DNA of 64,000 nucleotides from Candidatus Poseidoniaceae archaeon (GCA_938030705.1 CALHIR010000005.1:132909-196908); one strand, 5' to 3'; numbered from the stretch's first letter, positions 19,287-28,990 are shown. Notes: generated by a model not told the origin, from the letters alone. Program-made: numbers and translations.

Positions 19287-19349
19287 CGTGTTCTCGTTGC
19301 TTCGCCCACTGAAAAGGGGTTCTTAAGTGCCTCGCAGGAGACCGGTGAA

Positions 19350-19739
19350 TCAGTACACGAGTTGCACGTCAGAAGACGTGGCGAGAGCAATGACGCCAGG
19401 CGGCCCACTCCAAGCAATTTTTTCATCAGGGACGTACAGGGCACCGTCCCCTTCATCGTGGCCCAGTACGGCTTTCACAGAACCAAAAGAACAGTGCAGG
19501 CTGGCGCCCGAGACCAGTTTATCCATAAAACCATGAATCATGGTCGAGTTTGGGCCCATTTCGTTTTCCAATTCATCCAAGAAAATGGGGTCAAGACAAC
19601 GAACACCTGCAGCTGCGAAAAACACACTGACCTCTTGCCCGTCTTCAACGGCTTGTGCAGCGCAGGCCAAACCCACAACGGACTTCATGAGGTCTATACT
19701 CGGGTCTGAGACAAATTTAATGAAGACAGATCTGGACAT
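19350..19739 (-). CDS. DsrE/DsrF (YchN)-like small protein
   Basis: 129 aa: 'VFIKFVSDPS..VGLACAAQA...VSVFFAAAGV...HCSFGSVKA' resembles the DsrE/TusD fold with its Cys. Weak assignment. Confidence 0.4.
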   Translation of the reverse strand: MSRSVFIKFVSDPSIDLMKSVVGLACAAQAVEDGQEVSVFFAAAGVRCLDPIFLDELENEMGPNSTMIHGFMDKLVSGASLHCSFGSVKAVLGHDEGDGALYVPDEKIAWSGPPGVIALATSSDVQLVY

Positions 19740-19805
19740 ATCACGGCCAATGGAAACAGGGTCAAGAAACTTCTGCCAGCAGGCCGGCAGTGTTCACTTG
19801 CTTCA

Positions 19806-20423
19806 TCAACGGGCAGAAGCCGCAATGCGCTCAAGTTCTTCCTTCTTACCAACGGCGTAGGAAGTGACATCGCCCTCGCTGGCCTTGGTCAATTCATTGA
19901 TGATGCAATTCTTGAGGGTGCGCTTAGACTTGTGCGTGCCTTGTTGAGCACCACGTGCAAGATTGGCCAGAGCGACGTCAAGGCGTCGAGATGGTGATGA
20001 GTCAACAGCTTTTGGTTGAGACACGGCACCGAACTTGATTCGGGTGATTTCTTCCATGGGTGCTGCAGAGCAAATGGCGTCGACAAAGACCTGGAGAGGG
20101 TTGTTGCCGGAGCGCTCTGCGATTTGGTCAAGAGCGCCTTCAAAGGCTTTCATGGCTCCCATTTTCTTACCGGTGTAGGAACCGGTTCGCATGAGTTTGT
20201 TGATGTAGCGTTCAACGACCGAAAGCTTGGCCTTGCCGAACCAAGCATTGGCGTGGCGACCTCCAGTGTGTGGCACACCGACGGTTGTCAAGTTGATGTA
20301 TGGAGCGAGACCTGGATCTCGACAGGTGACTTCGGAAGCATCCCACTTGCCGAACACCTTGGTACCAATACCAGCAATGGGCTTGGCTTCAACAACGTCT
20401 GGTTCTCCATCACTCATCATCAT
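19806..20423 (-). CDS. rps7: 30S ribosomal protein S7 (uS7)
   Basis: 'KVFGKWD..', 'ERYINKLMRTG..GKK', 'NPLQVFVDAI', 'VDSSPSRRLD' and 'SYAVGKKEELERIA' blocks. Start taken at the Met run 4 nt after the S12 stop; the track start at 20468 would overlap S12. Confidence 0.9.
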   Translation of the reverse strand: MMMSDGEPDVVEAKPIAGIGTKVFGKWDASEVTCRDPGLAPYINLTTVGVPHTGGRHANAWFGKAKLSVVERYINKLMRTGSYTGKKMGAMKAFEGALDQIAERSGNNPLQVFVDAICSAAPMEEITRIKFGAVSQPKAVDSSPSRRLDVALANLARGAQQGTHKSKRTLKNCIINELTKASEGDVTSYAVGKKEELERIAASAR

Positions 20424-20427
20424 CACC

Positions 20428-20865
20428 TCAACGGACTGGCTTCTCCTTTCGGCCTCGGACCATTTCATCGAGTGAAACGCCGTTTACTTGGATGACCTTG
20501 TAGCGAACGCCGGGAATGTCTCCGTACGAACGACCCATGCGTCCGCCGATACCTTCGACCATGACTTCGTCGTGCTCGTCGATGAAGTTGATGGCGCCGT
20601 CGCCGGGAGCGAAAGCGGTTAATTTGTTGCCGTTCTTGATGAGGGAGATTTTGACGGCCTTACGAATCCCGGAGTTGGGTTGCTTGGCTTCAATACCAAC
20701 CTTTTCAACGACGATTCCCTTCGCCTGGGTGGACCCAGCAAGAGGGTCGTGCTTGGCCCGTGACTTGAGCATGCGCTTCTTGTAACGGCGGTCCGACCAA
20801 CGGAATTTTTGTCGGTCTTTGGCCATCTTTGCGCCTGCGAAGAGTCCTCTGCCCATCATAATCAC
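20428..20865 (-). CDS. rps12: 30S ribosomal protein S12 (uS12)
   Basis: 145 aa with '[30 protein letters not shown]...[18 protein letters not shown]'. GTG start. Confidence 0.95.
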   Translation of the reverse strand: MIMMGRGLFAGAKMAKDRQKFRWSDRRYKKRMLKSRAKHDPLAGSTQAKGIVVEKVGIEAKQPNSGIRKAVKISLIKNGNKLTAFAPGDGAINFIDEHDEVMVEGIGGRMGRSYGDIPGVRYKVIQVNGVSLDEMVRGRKEKPVR

Positions 20866-21018
20866 CTCATTGAAGCATTTCGCCGACTTGCCGCCCCTAT
20901 TTAATCAAATCCCTTTGGACCACCCAATCTGAGGCGGCGTCATTTGATTTGGAGCAACGCCTAAAGCCCCTCATCATACATGAACAACATTCAAACAACG
21001 CCTCCTTGTGGAAGGGCC

Positions 21019-22290
21019 ATGGCCTTCCGTGACCATCTGGGCGCAGCAACGGTGGAAACCACCAAAGTAAGCCTCATCCACGAGATGCTTCATCATTCCC
21101 AAGCATCCGGCCACGCCATGACCGTGTTCGAAAACATCGCCGAATGCCCCGGCCATCGTGCGGCCGTGAACATGTTGACGCGAGACCGACTTTGCGCTGC
21201 CATTGGTATTGACCCCGAAGCCTACATCGACACACTTGGCTGGGCGATGGGGCATCCATCAACCCCCGAGTTGGTCTCAAGAGAGGAAGCTGCCTGCTTT
21301 GAAAACACGATTGACGATGTGGACCTTCGCCGTATTCCAATCCCCCATCATTGGCCACAGGACCGTGGCCGCTACTCCTCCGCCAGCATCATCATCGCCC
21401 AAGACAACGGGATACGAAACGTCTCCTTCCATCGCCAATTTCTGAGGGACGAAAACCACCTTGTCGTCCGCCTGGTACCTCGGCACCTACGTACGATGGT
21501 CATGAACGCCCGTTCAGAGGGGCGAGAGGTGAACGTGGCCGTGGTCAATGCTCCCGATCCCGTCGTTCTGCTGGCAGCTGCCATGTCGTTCAATGAAAAC
21601 ATCGACGAATTGACCATCGCCGCCGCACTTCACGAAAAACTCTACAATACTCCACTTCAATTGGTCGAACTCCCCAACGGCGTCCATGTCCCCGCCGATG
21701 CCGAATACGTCTGGTGGGGGAAGATCACACTGGATGATGATGATGAAGGCCCCTATGTGGACATCACGGGGACCGTTGACGATGTTCGTCAAGAACCTGT
21801 GATTGAAATCGACGGTTTGACTCATCGGGACAATCCCATATTCCACGCCCTGATACCGGGTGAGGCAGAACACAAGACCCTGATGGGCCTGCCCCGAGCC
21901 CCCACCATCAAAGCGGCCGTTAACGACGTGGTAGAATGCCTTGATGTTCACATGACCGAAGGTGGGTGTGGATGGTTGGGTGCCGTGTTGAAAATTCGTA
22001 AACAAAATCCGGATGACGGCATGAAAGCCATCCAAGCGGCCTTCGACGGTCACAAGAGTATGAAAATCGTCACCGTCGTCGACGAGGACATCGACATTAC
22101 CGACCCCGTTCGTGTTGAGTGGGCAATGATGACTCGGTGGCAGCCCGATAAAGACACCCTGATTCTTCGTGACCAACGGGGGAGTTCCCTTGACCCATCG
22201 AGATACGAGGATGGCCGAACCTCCAAGATTGGATACGACGCTACCATCGATTTTGGTGTAAACCGAGAAGGTTTCATGTCCGTCCAGTGA
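21019..22290 (+). CDS. UbiD-family (prenyl-FMN-dependent) decarboxylase, a candidate anhydromevalonate-phosphate decarboxylase of the archaeal mevalonate route
   Basis: 'MAFRDHL...AMTVFENIAECPGHRAAVNML', 'YSSASIIIAQD', a 'GGCGWLGAV'-like block and overall UbiD length. The in-frame upstream ATG at 20980 is the alternative start. Confidence 0.65.
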   Translation: MAFRDHLGAATVETTKVSLIHEMLHHSQASGHAMTVFENIAECPGHRAAVNMLTRDRLCAAIGIDPEAYIDTLGWAMGHPSTPELVSREEAACFENTIDDVDLRRIPIPHHWPQDRGRYSSASIIIAQDNGIRNVSFHRQFLRDENHLVVRLVPRHLRTMVMNARSEGREVNVAVVNAPDPVVLLAAAMSFNENIDELTIAAALHEKLYNTPLQLVELPNGVHVPADAEYVWWGKITLDDDDEGPYVDITGTVDDVRQEPVIEIDGLTHRDNPIFHALIPGEAEHKTLMGLPRAPTIKAAVNDVVECLDVHMTEGGCGWLGAVLKIRKQNPDDGMKAIQAAFDGHKSMKIVTVVDEDIDITDPVRVEWAMMTRWQPDKDTLILRDQRGSSLDPSRYEDGRTSKIGYDATIDFGVNREGFMSVQ

Positions 22291-22299
22291 GGTAGGCCT

Positions 22300-23298
22300 A
22301 TGTCTGAAAGCCAAGACCTCCTGCAGCATCCCCGTAGGAACCTGGGTAACCGGTACAGGTCAACGGCGCAAAAATTTGCTAAATTGGCGAAAGCAGACCC
22401 GGATAGAAGCGCAGAAAACATGGCATGGGCCGAGCAAAATGCGCGGCAAGCGATTCTGCATGATTTCACGGATGAACGGAATTGGCGCTACCTCGCCGAA
22501 CTCAAAGTCATTAACGAGGACGCCGAAGGCCTGCATGCTGTTCTCGAAGATGTGTTCATCATTCTCGGAAGAGACCCAGAGAACCTTGACCAACTCAGCG
22601 GCATCGATTACCTTCTGGTAGGCAGGGAACTGTTAGAAGCAGCATTTGCTAGGGATGCGCTTGACCCCGATGCCTGGTGGGAGCGTATTTCAACGATTGA
22701 AGGTGAAGCAGCCATTGAAGAATTCGCTCAGCGATGTCGTCGTCTTGATTTCCGTGACCAGCGAGCAAATATCGTCTTTGGACGACGTCTTGAACGTCTC
22801 CGAAAAGCGGGCCATGAGGAGATCTTCATCGACTTGGCCAAGCACCTCCTCGCCCATCGCCCAATGAACCATGAATTGTGGCTGGAAATGGGTCGCCTTC
22901 ACGAACGAAGAAACGAAATTGATGAGGCGTGGTCGTGCTATGACCAAGTTCAACAATTGCGACCCCATCTCAAGGAGCGTGACAGATTCCTCGAACGACT
23001 CAAAGGAAACATGGATGGAGAGGAGAAGAAGCCATGGTCGGGACCATCCATTGACCATCGCAAAGCCTTCCTCCAAGGCATGCAATCACTGACCGACCGA
23101 ATTTCATCACCGGTTCAATCGGTTGAGCCGAAGAAAGAAATGGAAAAAGCAACGACACACCCCGACGAGGCGAAGTTGTCGAGTCTCATGGAGCAGGGTG
23201 ATTTCCAAGCGGCGTTCTTCTTAGCCCGCCGACTCTTGGCATCAGGTGAAAATTGGGCGGAATCTTGGTTGGTTCAAATTCAATCCCAAATGGTGTGA
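22300..23298 (+). CDS. Hypothetical all-alpha TPR-like protein
   Basis: 332 aa. TPR-like heptad 'ELWLEMGRLHERRNEIDEAWSCYDQVQQLRPH'. No catalytic motifs recognised. Confidence 0.45.
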   Translation: MSESQDLLQHPRRNLGNRYRSTAQKFAKLAKADPDRSAENMAWAEQNARQAILHDFTDERNWRYLAELKVINEDAEGLHAVLEDVFIILGRDPENLDQLSGIDYLLVGRELLEAAFARDALDPDAWWERISTIEGEAAIEEFAQRCRRLDFRDQRANIVFGRRLERLRKAGHEEIFIDLAKHLLAHRPMNHELWLEMGRLHERRNEIDEAWSCYDQVQQLRPHLKERDRFLERLKGNMDGEEKKPWSGPSIDHRKAFLQGMQSLTDRISSPVQSVEPKKEMEKATTHPDEAKLSSLMEQGDFQAAFFLARRLLASGENWAESWLVQIQSQMV

Positions 23299-23301
23299 CC
23301 G

Positions 23302-23697
23302 ATGAGCGGAGAACCGGTGTTCGTACTGGCATGGGTCACCCGCGAAGGTCAGACCCTCACCCCTATGGGGAGCGGTGGCGAAGTGTTGTTTGTCGAACAT
23401 CCCGAGCGTGGATGGGAGATCCCCGGAGGCCATCTCGAGGAGGGTGAAACGCCTGAAGAGGCCCTGATTCGAGAAGTACGTGAGGAAACCGGCCTTATCT
23501 GTTCCATCGTTTCATGGAACAAAACCTACTACCCGAAAGGTTGGGTGGCCCATGTTCATGTTTCTCCTCAATCAAAAGGCGACTGGTCCGTTGACGACGA
23601 AAAAGTCTCATCGGTGAAGTGGTGGGGAGAAGTCCCGCCCGTCAAGGCATGGACCGTTGAGGAATTTGAGGACCTTGCGAACTATTTTTCACCCTGA
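23302..23697 (+). CDS. Nudix hydrolase
   Basis: Nudix box 'GGHLEEGETPEEALIREVREETGL'. Confidence 0.85.
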   Translation: MSGEPVFVLAWVTREGQTLTPMGSGGEVLFVEHPERGWEIPGGHLEEGETPEEALIREVREETGLICSIVSWNKTYYPKGWVAHVHVSPQSKGDWSVDDEKVSSVKWWGEVPPVKAWTVEEFEDLANYFSP

Positions 23698-23698
23698 A

Positions 23699-24763
23699 TC
23701 AAGGCATGGCCAATTCAGACAAACGCTGGCCCCATGCTTCCGTCTCTTCAGGGGTTGAGGCACAGGCTTGCGCCACGGCCGCCAACATCGGGTCATCCAC
23801 AACTTCAGGATGGCCCATCAACGTAGCAAAGTGTTCCATTCGTCCGAGACGATGAGCGAGCGTCAACATGGCACGAACATCCGGTCGTTCAGGACCTCCC
23901 CAGCCGGGTCGGAGGTGTTCGCAGCACCAGGCAAAAACACTGTTGATGTCATCGGGGTGAACCGTGAGTTCAGGGGGTTCCTCTTTGAGGTCCAACGGTC
24001 GTGCCTTTTCAACCTGAACACGCATGAGCTGAGCATCCTCTGATTGGTGGCCAATGGCCAGATCAAGGAAGAGCGAACCGGCTTCAATAGCCATTTGAGT
24101 TTGCGCTGCGAGGATAGCATGTGCGTGAGCATTCCACGCATGCCTTACTGCATCAAATAAGTGGCCGAGAGCCTGTCGGATTCGGCTCGCACCCAAGCGT
24201 GAGATGGCGATCGTTTCATGTGCGTGGCCCCCTTTTCTCGAAATGTCCCCATAGACTTGCAATGCCATGAGCGCCTCGCCCTGGGCCATGTGATAAGCCG
24301 CCTTGTTCAGCAGGGAAAGGTCGTGGTCCCGACTCGCCTTCGCTACGGATTTGAGTCGTGTTTCAGCCCACGTCAAATCTTCTTCAGCACCTTCCGTATT
24401 ACCGGCTTCAAAACGTGCTAAACCTCGTTCCATTCGCAAACGACCTTCAAGCGCTAAATCTCGGGTCTCAGGATTTCGAACCACCTCAAGGGCAGACTCA
24501 ATCGCCTCATCAAGGTGGGTGTCGCCCAGCCACCGCCGACGAACCAGACCGAGCACGGCCAGTTCACCCGCCGAGAGATGAGGGGACATCGCATCCAACA
24601 ATTCGGGAGCATCCATGAACAGAGCGGCTTCGGCCAGCGAGAGCCAAGAAGGCCAAGCAAGTTCATCCTTCCATTGAACAAGGACATCGCTGTCGACTGG
24701 GCCTTCGTTCCGCCAACGGGAGATAAAGACCCCCGGCCCCTGTGGAGTTTCAATCGTCGTCAA
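23699..24763 (-). CDS. Hypothetical helical protein
   Basis: 354 aa ORF with no recognised motifs. Convergent with the Nudix gene, stops 1 nt apart. Confidence 0.4.
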   Translation of the reverse strand: MTTIETPQGPGVFISRWRNEGPVDSDVLVQWKDELAWPSWLSLAEAALFMDAPELLDAMSPHLSAGELAVLGLVRRRWLGDTHLDEAIESALEVVRNPETRDLALEGRLRMERGLARFEAGNTEGAEEDLTWAETRLKSVAKASRDHDLSLLNKAAYHMAQGEALMALQVYGDISRKGGHAHETIAISRLGASRIRQALGHLFDAVRHAWNAHAHAILAAQTQMAIEAGSLFLDLAIGHQSEDAQLMRVQVEKARPLDLKEEPPELTVHPDDINSVFAWCCEHLRPGWGGPERPDVRAMLTLAHRLGRMEHFATLMGHPEVVDDPMLAAVAQACASTPEETEAWGQRLSELAMP

Positions 24764-25770
24764 GAATTCACCACCCGCTTTGGCGTTCGGGCCACGGCAT
24801 CAATAAAGGCGGTTTCTGCCTCTACGGGTTCTACATCACCGGTCCAACCAGCTGCACCATCATGACCACCACCTTCTCCACCAATGGATTGCGCCATGGC
24901 GTTCATGATCTCACCCATGTGAAGACCAGCCATCACGCTCGAACGAGGAGCCCGTACGGTCAAACGGGTGCTCCCATTGCGATGTCGGATAACCACCACG
25001 GCATCGGCCCCGAGACCACTCAACATGGAGGCGACCTTGCCCTCGAGTGTTCCCGCAGAGGTTCTCAAAATCGTCCAAGGACCTGCCTCCGTTGTTTCTG
25101 CACGCTGAAGACCACGAAGCACGGCTCCACGGTCGCTAGGGGACAAGGTGGTCTCTTCCATGTCCTGAATGAAGTGTCGATAATCCAAGCCCCCACGGTC
25201 AATCAGCATCGAGGCTGTGGAGAAGGAGCCTGCATCAGCATGACGAAACCGACCGGTATCGGTGACCAAACCTGCGAGAAGAAATTCACACACTGGCGGA
25301 GTGAGCGCTTGGGGTGCGTGGGCCTCGAGATAACGCCCGACCACTTCAGTTGTTGAGCGAACATCCCACTTCAAGCACAGGTCGTCATCACCGAGGGCCC
25401 AACCGTCGGTTGCATGATGGTCGATGATACAGAGCGGAACATGGGGTAAGGCCAAACCCGTTTGGTCAGGTGCCGCAGCGTCAACAACAACGAGCCCGGC
25501 CAGTTGGCTTGGCCAACCCGTATTCGTTGATTTCAACACACGATAGGGCGCCTTATGCCGTTCAATCATTCGTTGAGCAACACGTCCGACATGAAGACCA
25601 GCAGCCAACAAGTTCGGATGGCTGGCCGCAAGAGCGACTGCGGAACCAACTGTATCCATGTCTCCGTTTTTACCCGTAATGACCGCCACCGGCCCTTTGG
25701 ATGTCGTTTGTGTCAACCACTCGTGAAGCCGAAGAAGTTCTTCGGACAAGGATTGGTCAAGAGCGGTCAT
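24760..25770 (-). CDS. DHH-family phosphoesterase (NrnA-like, DHH+DHHA1)
   Basis: 'VITGKNGDMDTVGSAVAL', 'IIDHHATDG' (DHH) and C-terminal 'GGGHDGAAG' (DHHA1 GGGH). Confidence 0.75.
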   Translation of the reverse strand: MTALDQSLSEELLRLHEWLTQTTSKGPVAVITGKNGDMDTVGSAVALAASHPNLLAAGLHVGRVAQRMIERHKAPYRVLKSTNTGWPSQLAGLVVVDAAAPDQTGLALPHVPLCIIDHHATDGWALGDDDLCLKWDVRSTTEVVGRYLEAHAPQALTPPVCEFLLAGLVTDTGRFRHADAGSFSTASMLIDRGGLDYRHFIQDMEETTLSPSDRGAVLRGLQRAETTEAGPWTILRTSAGTLEGKVASMLSGLGADAVVVIRHRNGSTRLTVRAPRSSVMAGLHMGEIMNAMAQSIGGEGGGHDGAAGWTGDVEPVEAETAFIDAVARTPKRVVNS

Positions 25771-26084
25771 TCTTGAGCACCCTGGAGAGACTGCTTGAGT
25801 TCATCGTATGTCTGAATCAATTGCTTCTCACGCTCGGTGAACCGGTCGAGATGAATACGCAGGGAATCCAGTGTTTCTCTGAGTTCAATCAAGAGGGAAT
25901 CCTTGTCCGATACTTCGATGAGAACCCCACCCATTTGGCGGTGCAGAGCCAATCCATCGGGTTGCGTCTCAACGGCAGCGATGGTGCCTTCCAATTCTTG
26001 GACTTGCGCTCGCACGCTGCTCACTTGTTGGCGTGCAGCTTGGACTTCGGCTACAACGAGTTGGAGTTGGTCAAGTTGTTCCAT
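25767..26084 (-). CDS. pfdB: Prefoldin beta subunit
   Basis: About 105 aa coiled-coil / beta-hairpin / coiled-coil layout ('LHRQMGGVLIEVSDKDSL' hairpin). Start taken at MEQLDQ; the track ORF extends upstream to 26186. Confidence 0.6.
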   Translation of the reverse strand: MEQLDQLQLVVAEVQAARQQVSSVRAQVQELEGTIAAVETQPDGLALHRQMGGVLIEVSDKDSLLIELRETLDSLRIHLDRFTEREKQLIQTYDELKQSLQGAQE

Positions 26085-26360
26085 GGACTCACCGGTACGA
26101 AGCAGCAGCCCGAGGTTCAAGAATGCTTTCCGAAAACCTGCAGGACCGAATCGGTCGCAATGAGGCCTCGCAGGCGTGTGTTCCACATGGCTCGCAAGTC
26201 CTTACAAGAAGATTCGTCAAGGTGAAGAGAAAAGCGTTCATCACTGATCCACTCGGTCTCGCAATCGGTCGCAAGACAAGCAGCAAGAGCTTGTGTGTCC
26301 TTGTTGCTACGCGACTGAACGGTAAGTGACAGATGCCACATCTCCAACACCAAAGCGTGT

Positions 26361-26723
26361 TTACTCTTCCTCTTCGAGGGAGGGGCGGTTCGCCAATTCA
26401 CGTTCGTAGTTCATGGCAGCTTCCTGTGCGATGAACGCCATGTCAGCGGTGGTTGCACCGTCAACAGATCGGCGGAGAATTCGGTTGTTGGCATCGGAGG
26501 CACGGGTGAAAGGCTCCCAGGCGCCGCCGGCAAAGGTGTGGTCGCATTTCTTACACGACCAAATACCAACGGATTGGCGCTCGACTTTTTGGTACTGGCA
26601 GACAGGACACGTGTATTTGCGAGATCGCTTGGCCATGGCCGAGCCTGCATTACGACGGACTGAAACACCATAGCGTGCTCCGAATCGGGCTGTTGCTCCT
26701 GCTTTTTGGGTTCGCTTTGCCAA
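26361..26723 (-). CDS. rpl37ae: 50S ribosomal protein L37Ae (eL43)
   Basis: 'RTQKAGATARFGARYGVSVRR...KYTCPVCQYQKVERQSVGIWSCKKCDHTFAGGAW' with a C4 zinc ribbon. TTG start; acidic C-terminal tail. Confidence 0.9.
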   Translation of the reverse strand: MAKRTQKAGATARFGARYGVSVRRNAGSAMAKRSRKYTCPVCQYQKVERQSVGIWSCKKCDHTFAGGAWEPFTRASDANNRILRRSVDGATTADMAFIAQEAAMNYERELANRPSLEEEE

Positions 26724-27509
26724 TCAGTTCCCCTCCTTTTCTGCCACGAGTTTTCGAAGTTCCACGCATCGCTTTTGTGCCACGTCGAAGATCTCGGCAA
26801 ACTCGGCGGGCGTGAACACCCCTTTTAGCCCCTTCTGTAGTGAGTGGAGGTGGCCTTTGTCACCCAAAGTGATGTGAATGCGCTCATCGCCTCCAAGTTC
26901 TTCTTGCTCGTTGGCATCGAGAACAAAGCGACCACCGACACGTGTGAAGGAAGCCATAATCGGCGTACCGTTCACCTGAAGTGTATGATCTTCACCAACA
27001 TCAAATCGCTCAGCAGGCACAACGGCGGTGCGCAATGCGGCAATGGCTGCCAGGCCGCAGGCGTCGAAGATGTTTCCTTGGTCGGAGAGGACATGGATGT
27101 CGATCATGACGCCCCAAACCTTCTCGCCGGGGACAATGCAGAGGCTCTCCATGTCGATACATCCTGACTCGCGGATGCCTCGGTCAACCACACGGCCCAA
27201 TTCAATGGACGCAGGGGAAGGAGGGCCCGGTTCGTATTTTCGTCCAGCGACAGGACGAAGTTCTGCTCCGCACATCAATGAACCCTGCGTAGGGCGATCG
27301 GGCCAAGGTGTGCGAAGTTCAAATTTGACACCGGCGTAAACGACGGTCCCACCCATCACGACCTTGGCAGAGCCTTCGGCGTTGTACAAACAGTCGGTCT
27401 CAAGGGTGACATCCCGGGAATCCCAACGACCACGGCCGTCGATTCGGTTGTTTTCCTCGGCCAAGCGAGCGAGTTCCTGGCGCAACAAAGCGGGGACGAG
27501 TTCAACCAT
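26724..27509 (-). CDS. rrp42: Exosome complex component Rrp42 (RNase PH-like, inactive)
   Basis: 261 aa RNase-PH-fold protein immediately downstream of Rrp41, in canonical superoperon order. Confidence 0.85.
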   Translation of the reverse strand: MVELVPALLRQELARLAEENNRIDGRGRWDSRDVTLETDCLYNAEGSAKVVMGGTVVYAGVKFELRTPWPDRPTQGSLMCGAELRPVAGRKYEPGPPSPASIELGRVVDRGIRESGCIDMESLCIVPGEKVWGVMIDIHVLSDQGNIFDACGLAAIAALRTAVVPAERFDVGEDHTLQVNGTPIMASFTRVGGRFVLDANEQEELGGDERIHITLGDKGHLHSLQKGLKGVFTPAEFAEIFDVAQKRCVELRKLVAEKEGN

Positions 27510-28240
27510 CAGGCCTCACCTCCATCGTACCGTCGCTTCAGAGCATCGACCATGATCTCGTGAATTTCCTTTGCGGCCTTGAAATTGTACTCCATGGCCA
27601 GGTTGTACTCGTCTGGAGACAGGTCGCCGTCCATCTGCAAGAAGGCAATCTCACCGGTGTTGGGCAAAATACCAACGGGAAGGTCAGCCTGGCCGTAGTT
27701 GTCTTCTGCCTTGTCGAGGTCAAGAACGACCGTGTCCTCAATTTTACCAGAAGCAACGCCGACGATCATATCTCGCATAGGGATGCCCGCATCGGCAAGA
27801 GCCACAGCGGCAGCCGTGATGCCAACACATCGAGTGCCTGCTTCCGCAGCGAGAATCTCGATTTCAACACGAATCTTTGACCGCGGGTAGCGTTCAACCA
27901 ACACGACGGACTCAAGGGCCTCTGCCGTGACCTTCGAAATTTCACGAGAGCGTCGATTGAAGCCGGGTCGGATTCGGTCAGAGGTTGAGAACGGGGCCAT
28001 GTTGTAACGAACGTCAATCACGGCACGGTCTTGTCGCTGAATCTTGCGAGGGTGTGCTTCCATGGGGCCGTAAACGGCCGCAACAGCCACGTTAAGGCCG
28101 TGAGTCACCTTTGCAGAGCCATCAGCGGCTGGCAAAATACCGGCCTCGATTGAAACCGGGCGCATTTCATCCACTTTACGGCCGTCCAATCGGCTGCCGT
28201 CTTCGTTGAGCAATTGTACATCTCCATATCCACCCATCAT
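27509..28240 (-). CDS. rrp41: Exosome complex exonuclease Rrp41 (RNase PH)
   Basis: 'DGRKVDEMRPVSIEAGIL..ADGSA', 'TRCVGITAAAVALADAGIPMRD'. Confidence 0.9.
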   Translation of the reverse strand: MMGGYGDVQLLNEDGSRLDGRKVDEMRPVSIEAGILPAADGSAKVTHGLNVAVAAVYGPMEAHPRKIQRQDRAVIDVRYNMAPFSTSDRIRPGFNRRSREISKVTAEALESVVLVERYPRSKIRVEIEILAAEAGTRCVGITAAAVALADAGIPMRDMIVGVASGKIEDTVVLDLDKAEDNYGQADLPVGILPNTGEIAFLQMDGDLSPDEYNLAMEYNFKAAKEIHEIMVDALKRRYDGGEA

Positions 28241-28926
28241 GCATCACCTTTTGTCTTGTTTTCCATTTCGTTAAGGATTGTTTCAAATCCCTTAGAGTGC
28301 CCTTCTCGGACCAATTGTTGAATAGCTTTTCGAGCCCATGCGATGCCTTCTGATGAACCTTCAATCCAAGCACGGCCGTTTTCACCGACCATGATTCGAC
28401 AATCACAAGCGTCCCGCATGCGCTGGAGGAGAACATTGTTCTCGCCGCGAACTCGGTCAACATGTTGGACCGGGATGGATTCCACTGCGCCCTGGTTCAG
28501 TCGGCGGAGGCCAACACCCTTCATTGTCAGCACGACATTGTGGCATTCGTCCACTTCCTGGACGCGTGCCAGCACGACATCGCCAACATCCATGTGTTGA
28601 CGAGCGGCGCCGAACTCAACTTTCCAAGGGGCCAACGACATCGGAAGTAATCCTTGGAACGAACCGTTGATGTTCATGAACCAGAGGTTGTTTCGGACTT
28701 CGGCCACAATGCCGACGATCAAATCCCCAGAACGAGGCATGTACGCCGCATTGATGGGGTCAACCGAAACGGTGTTGTTCAGCTCACGCAACCATCCAAG
28801 TTGCGTGGCGATGAAGGATTCTTCGGCAACGATGATTCCGCTACCTGCTCGCTTCCCGGTGGATGGCCCAACGGCCATTCCCGGGGTCACCAGGCGCTGC
28901 TCGGCGCCGACTTGACCTTGGGACAT
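28237..28926 (-). CDS. rrp4: Exosome RNA-binding subunit Rrp4 (S1 + KH)
   Basis: S1 ('GDLIVGIVAEV..') and KH ('NGRAWI') layout. Start at MSQGQ (28926) aligns with known Rrp4 N-termini; the track start at 29046 would overlap SBDS. Confidence 0.8.
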   Translation of the reverse strand: MSQGQVGAEQRLVTPGMAVGPSTGKRAGSGIIVAEESFIATQLGWLRELNNTVSVDPINAAYMPRSGDLIVGIVAEVRNNLWFMNINGSFQGLLPMSLAPWKVEFGAARQHMDVGDVVLARVQEVDECHNVVLTMKGVGLRRLNQGAVESIPVQHVDRVRGENNVLLQRMRDACDCRIMVGENGRAWIEGSSEGIAWARKAIQQLVREGHSKGFETILNEMENKTKGDA

Positions 28927-28990
28927 TCTTTTCTCTCCGAATGCGGCCACTCGCCAACCCATGATAAAGGGCACCCTCAAGCCACGGCCT

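Noticed and set aside
20866-20979. Divergent intergenic region between rps12 and the UbiD-family gene, with a 'ctatttaatc' TATA-like element
   Set aside because: It is plausibly the str-operon promoter, but several AT-rich hexamers are present and I cannot place BRE/TATA/TSS confidently without transcript data, so I did not list it as a feature.
21514-22329. 271-aa minus-strand ORF
   Set aside because: Antisense shadow inside the UbiD-family gene.
26089-26286. 65-aa minus-strand ORF with CxxC...C...C, considered as a possible RpoP (Rpb12) in the expected superoperon slot
   Set aside because: The cysteine spacing (CxxC-x4-C-x9-C) does not form two CxxC knuckles, there is no sensible start, and it overlaps the extended prefoldin frame. 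I judged it not a credible RpoP.
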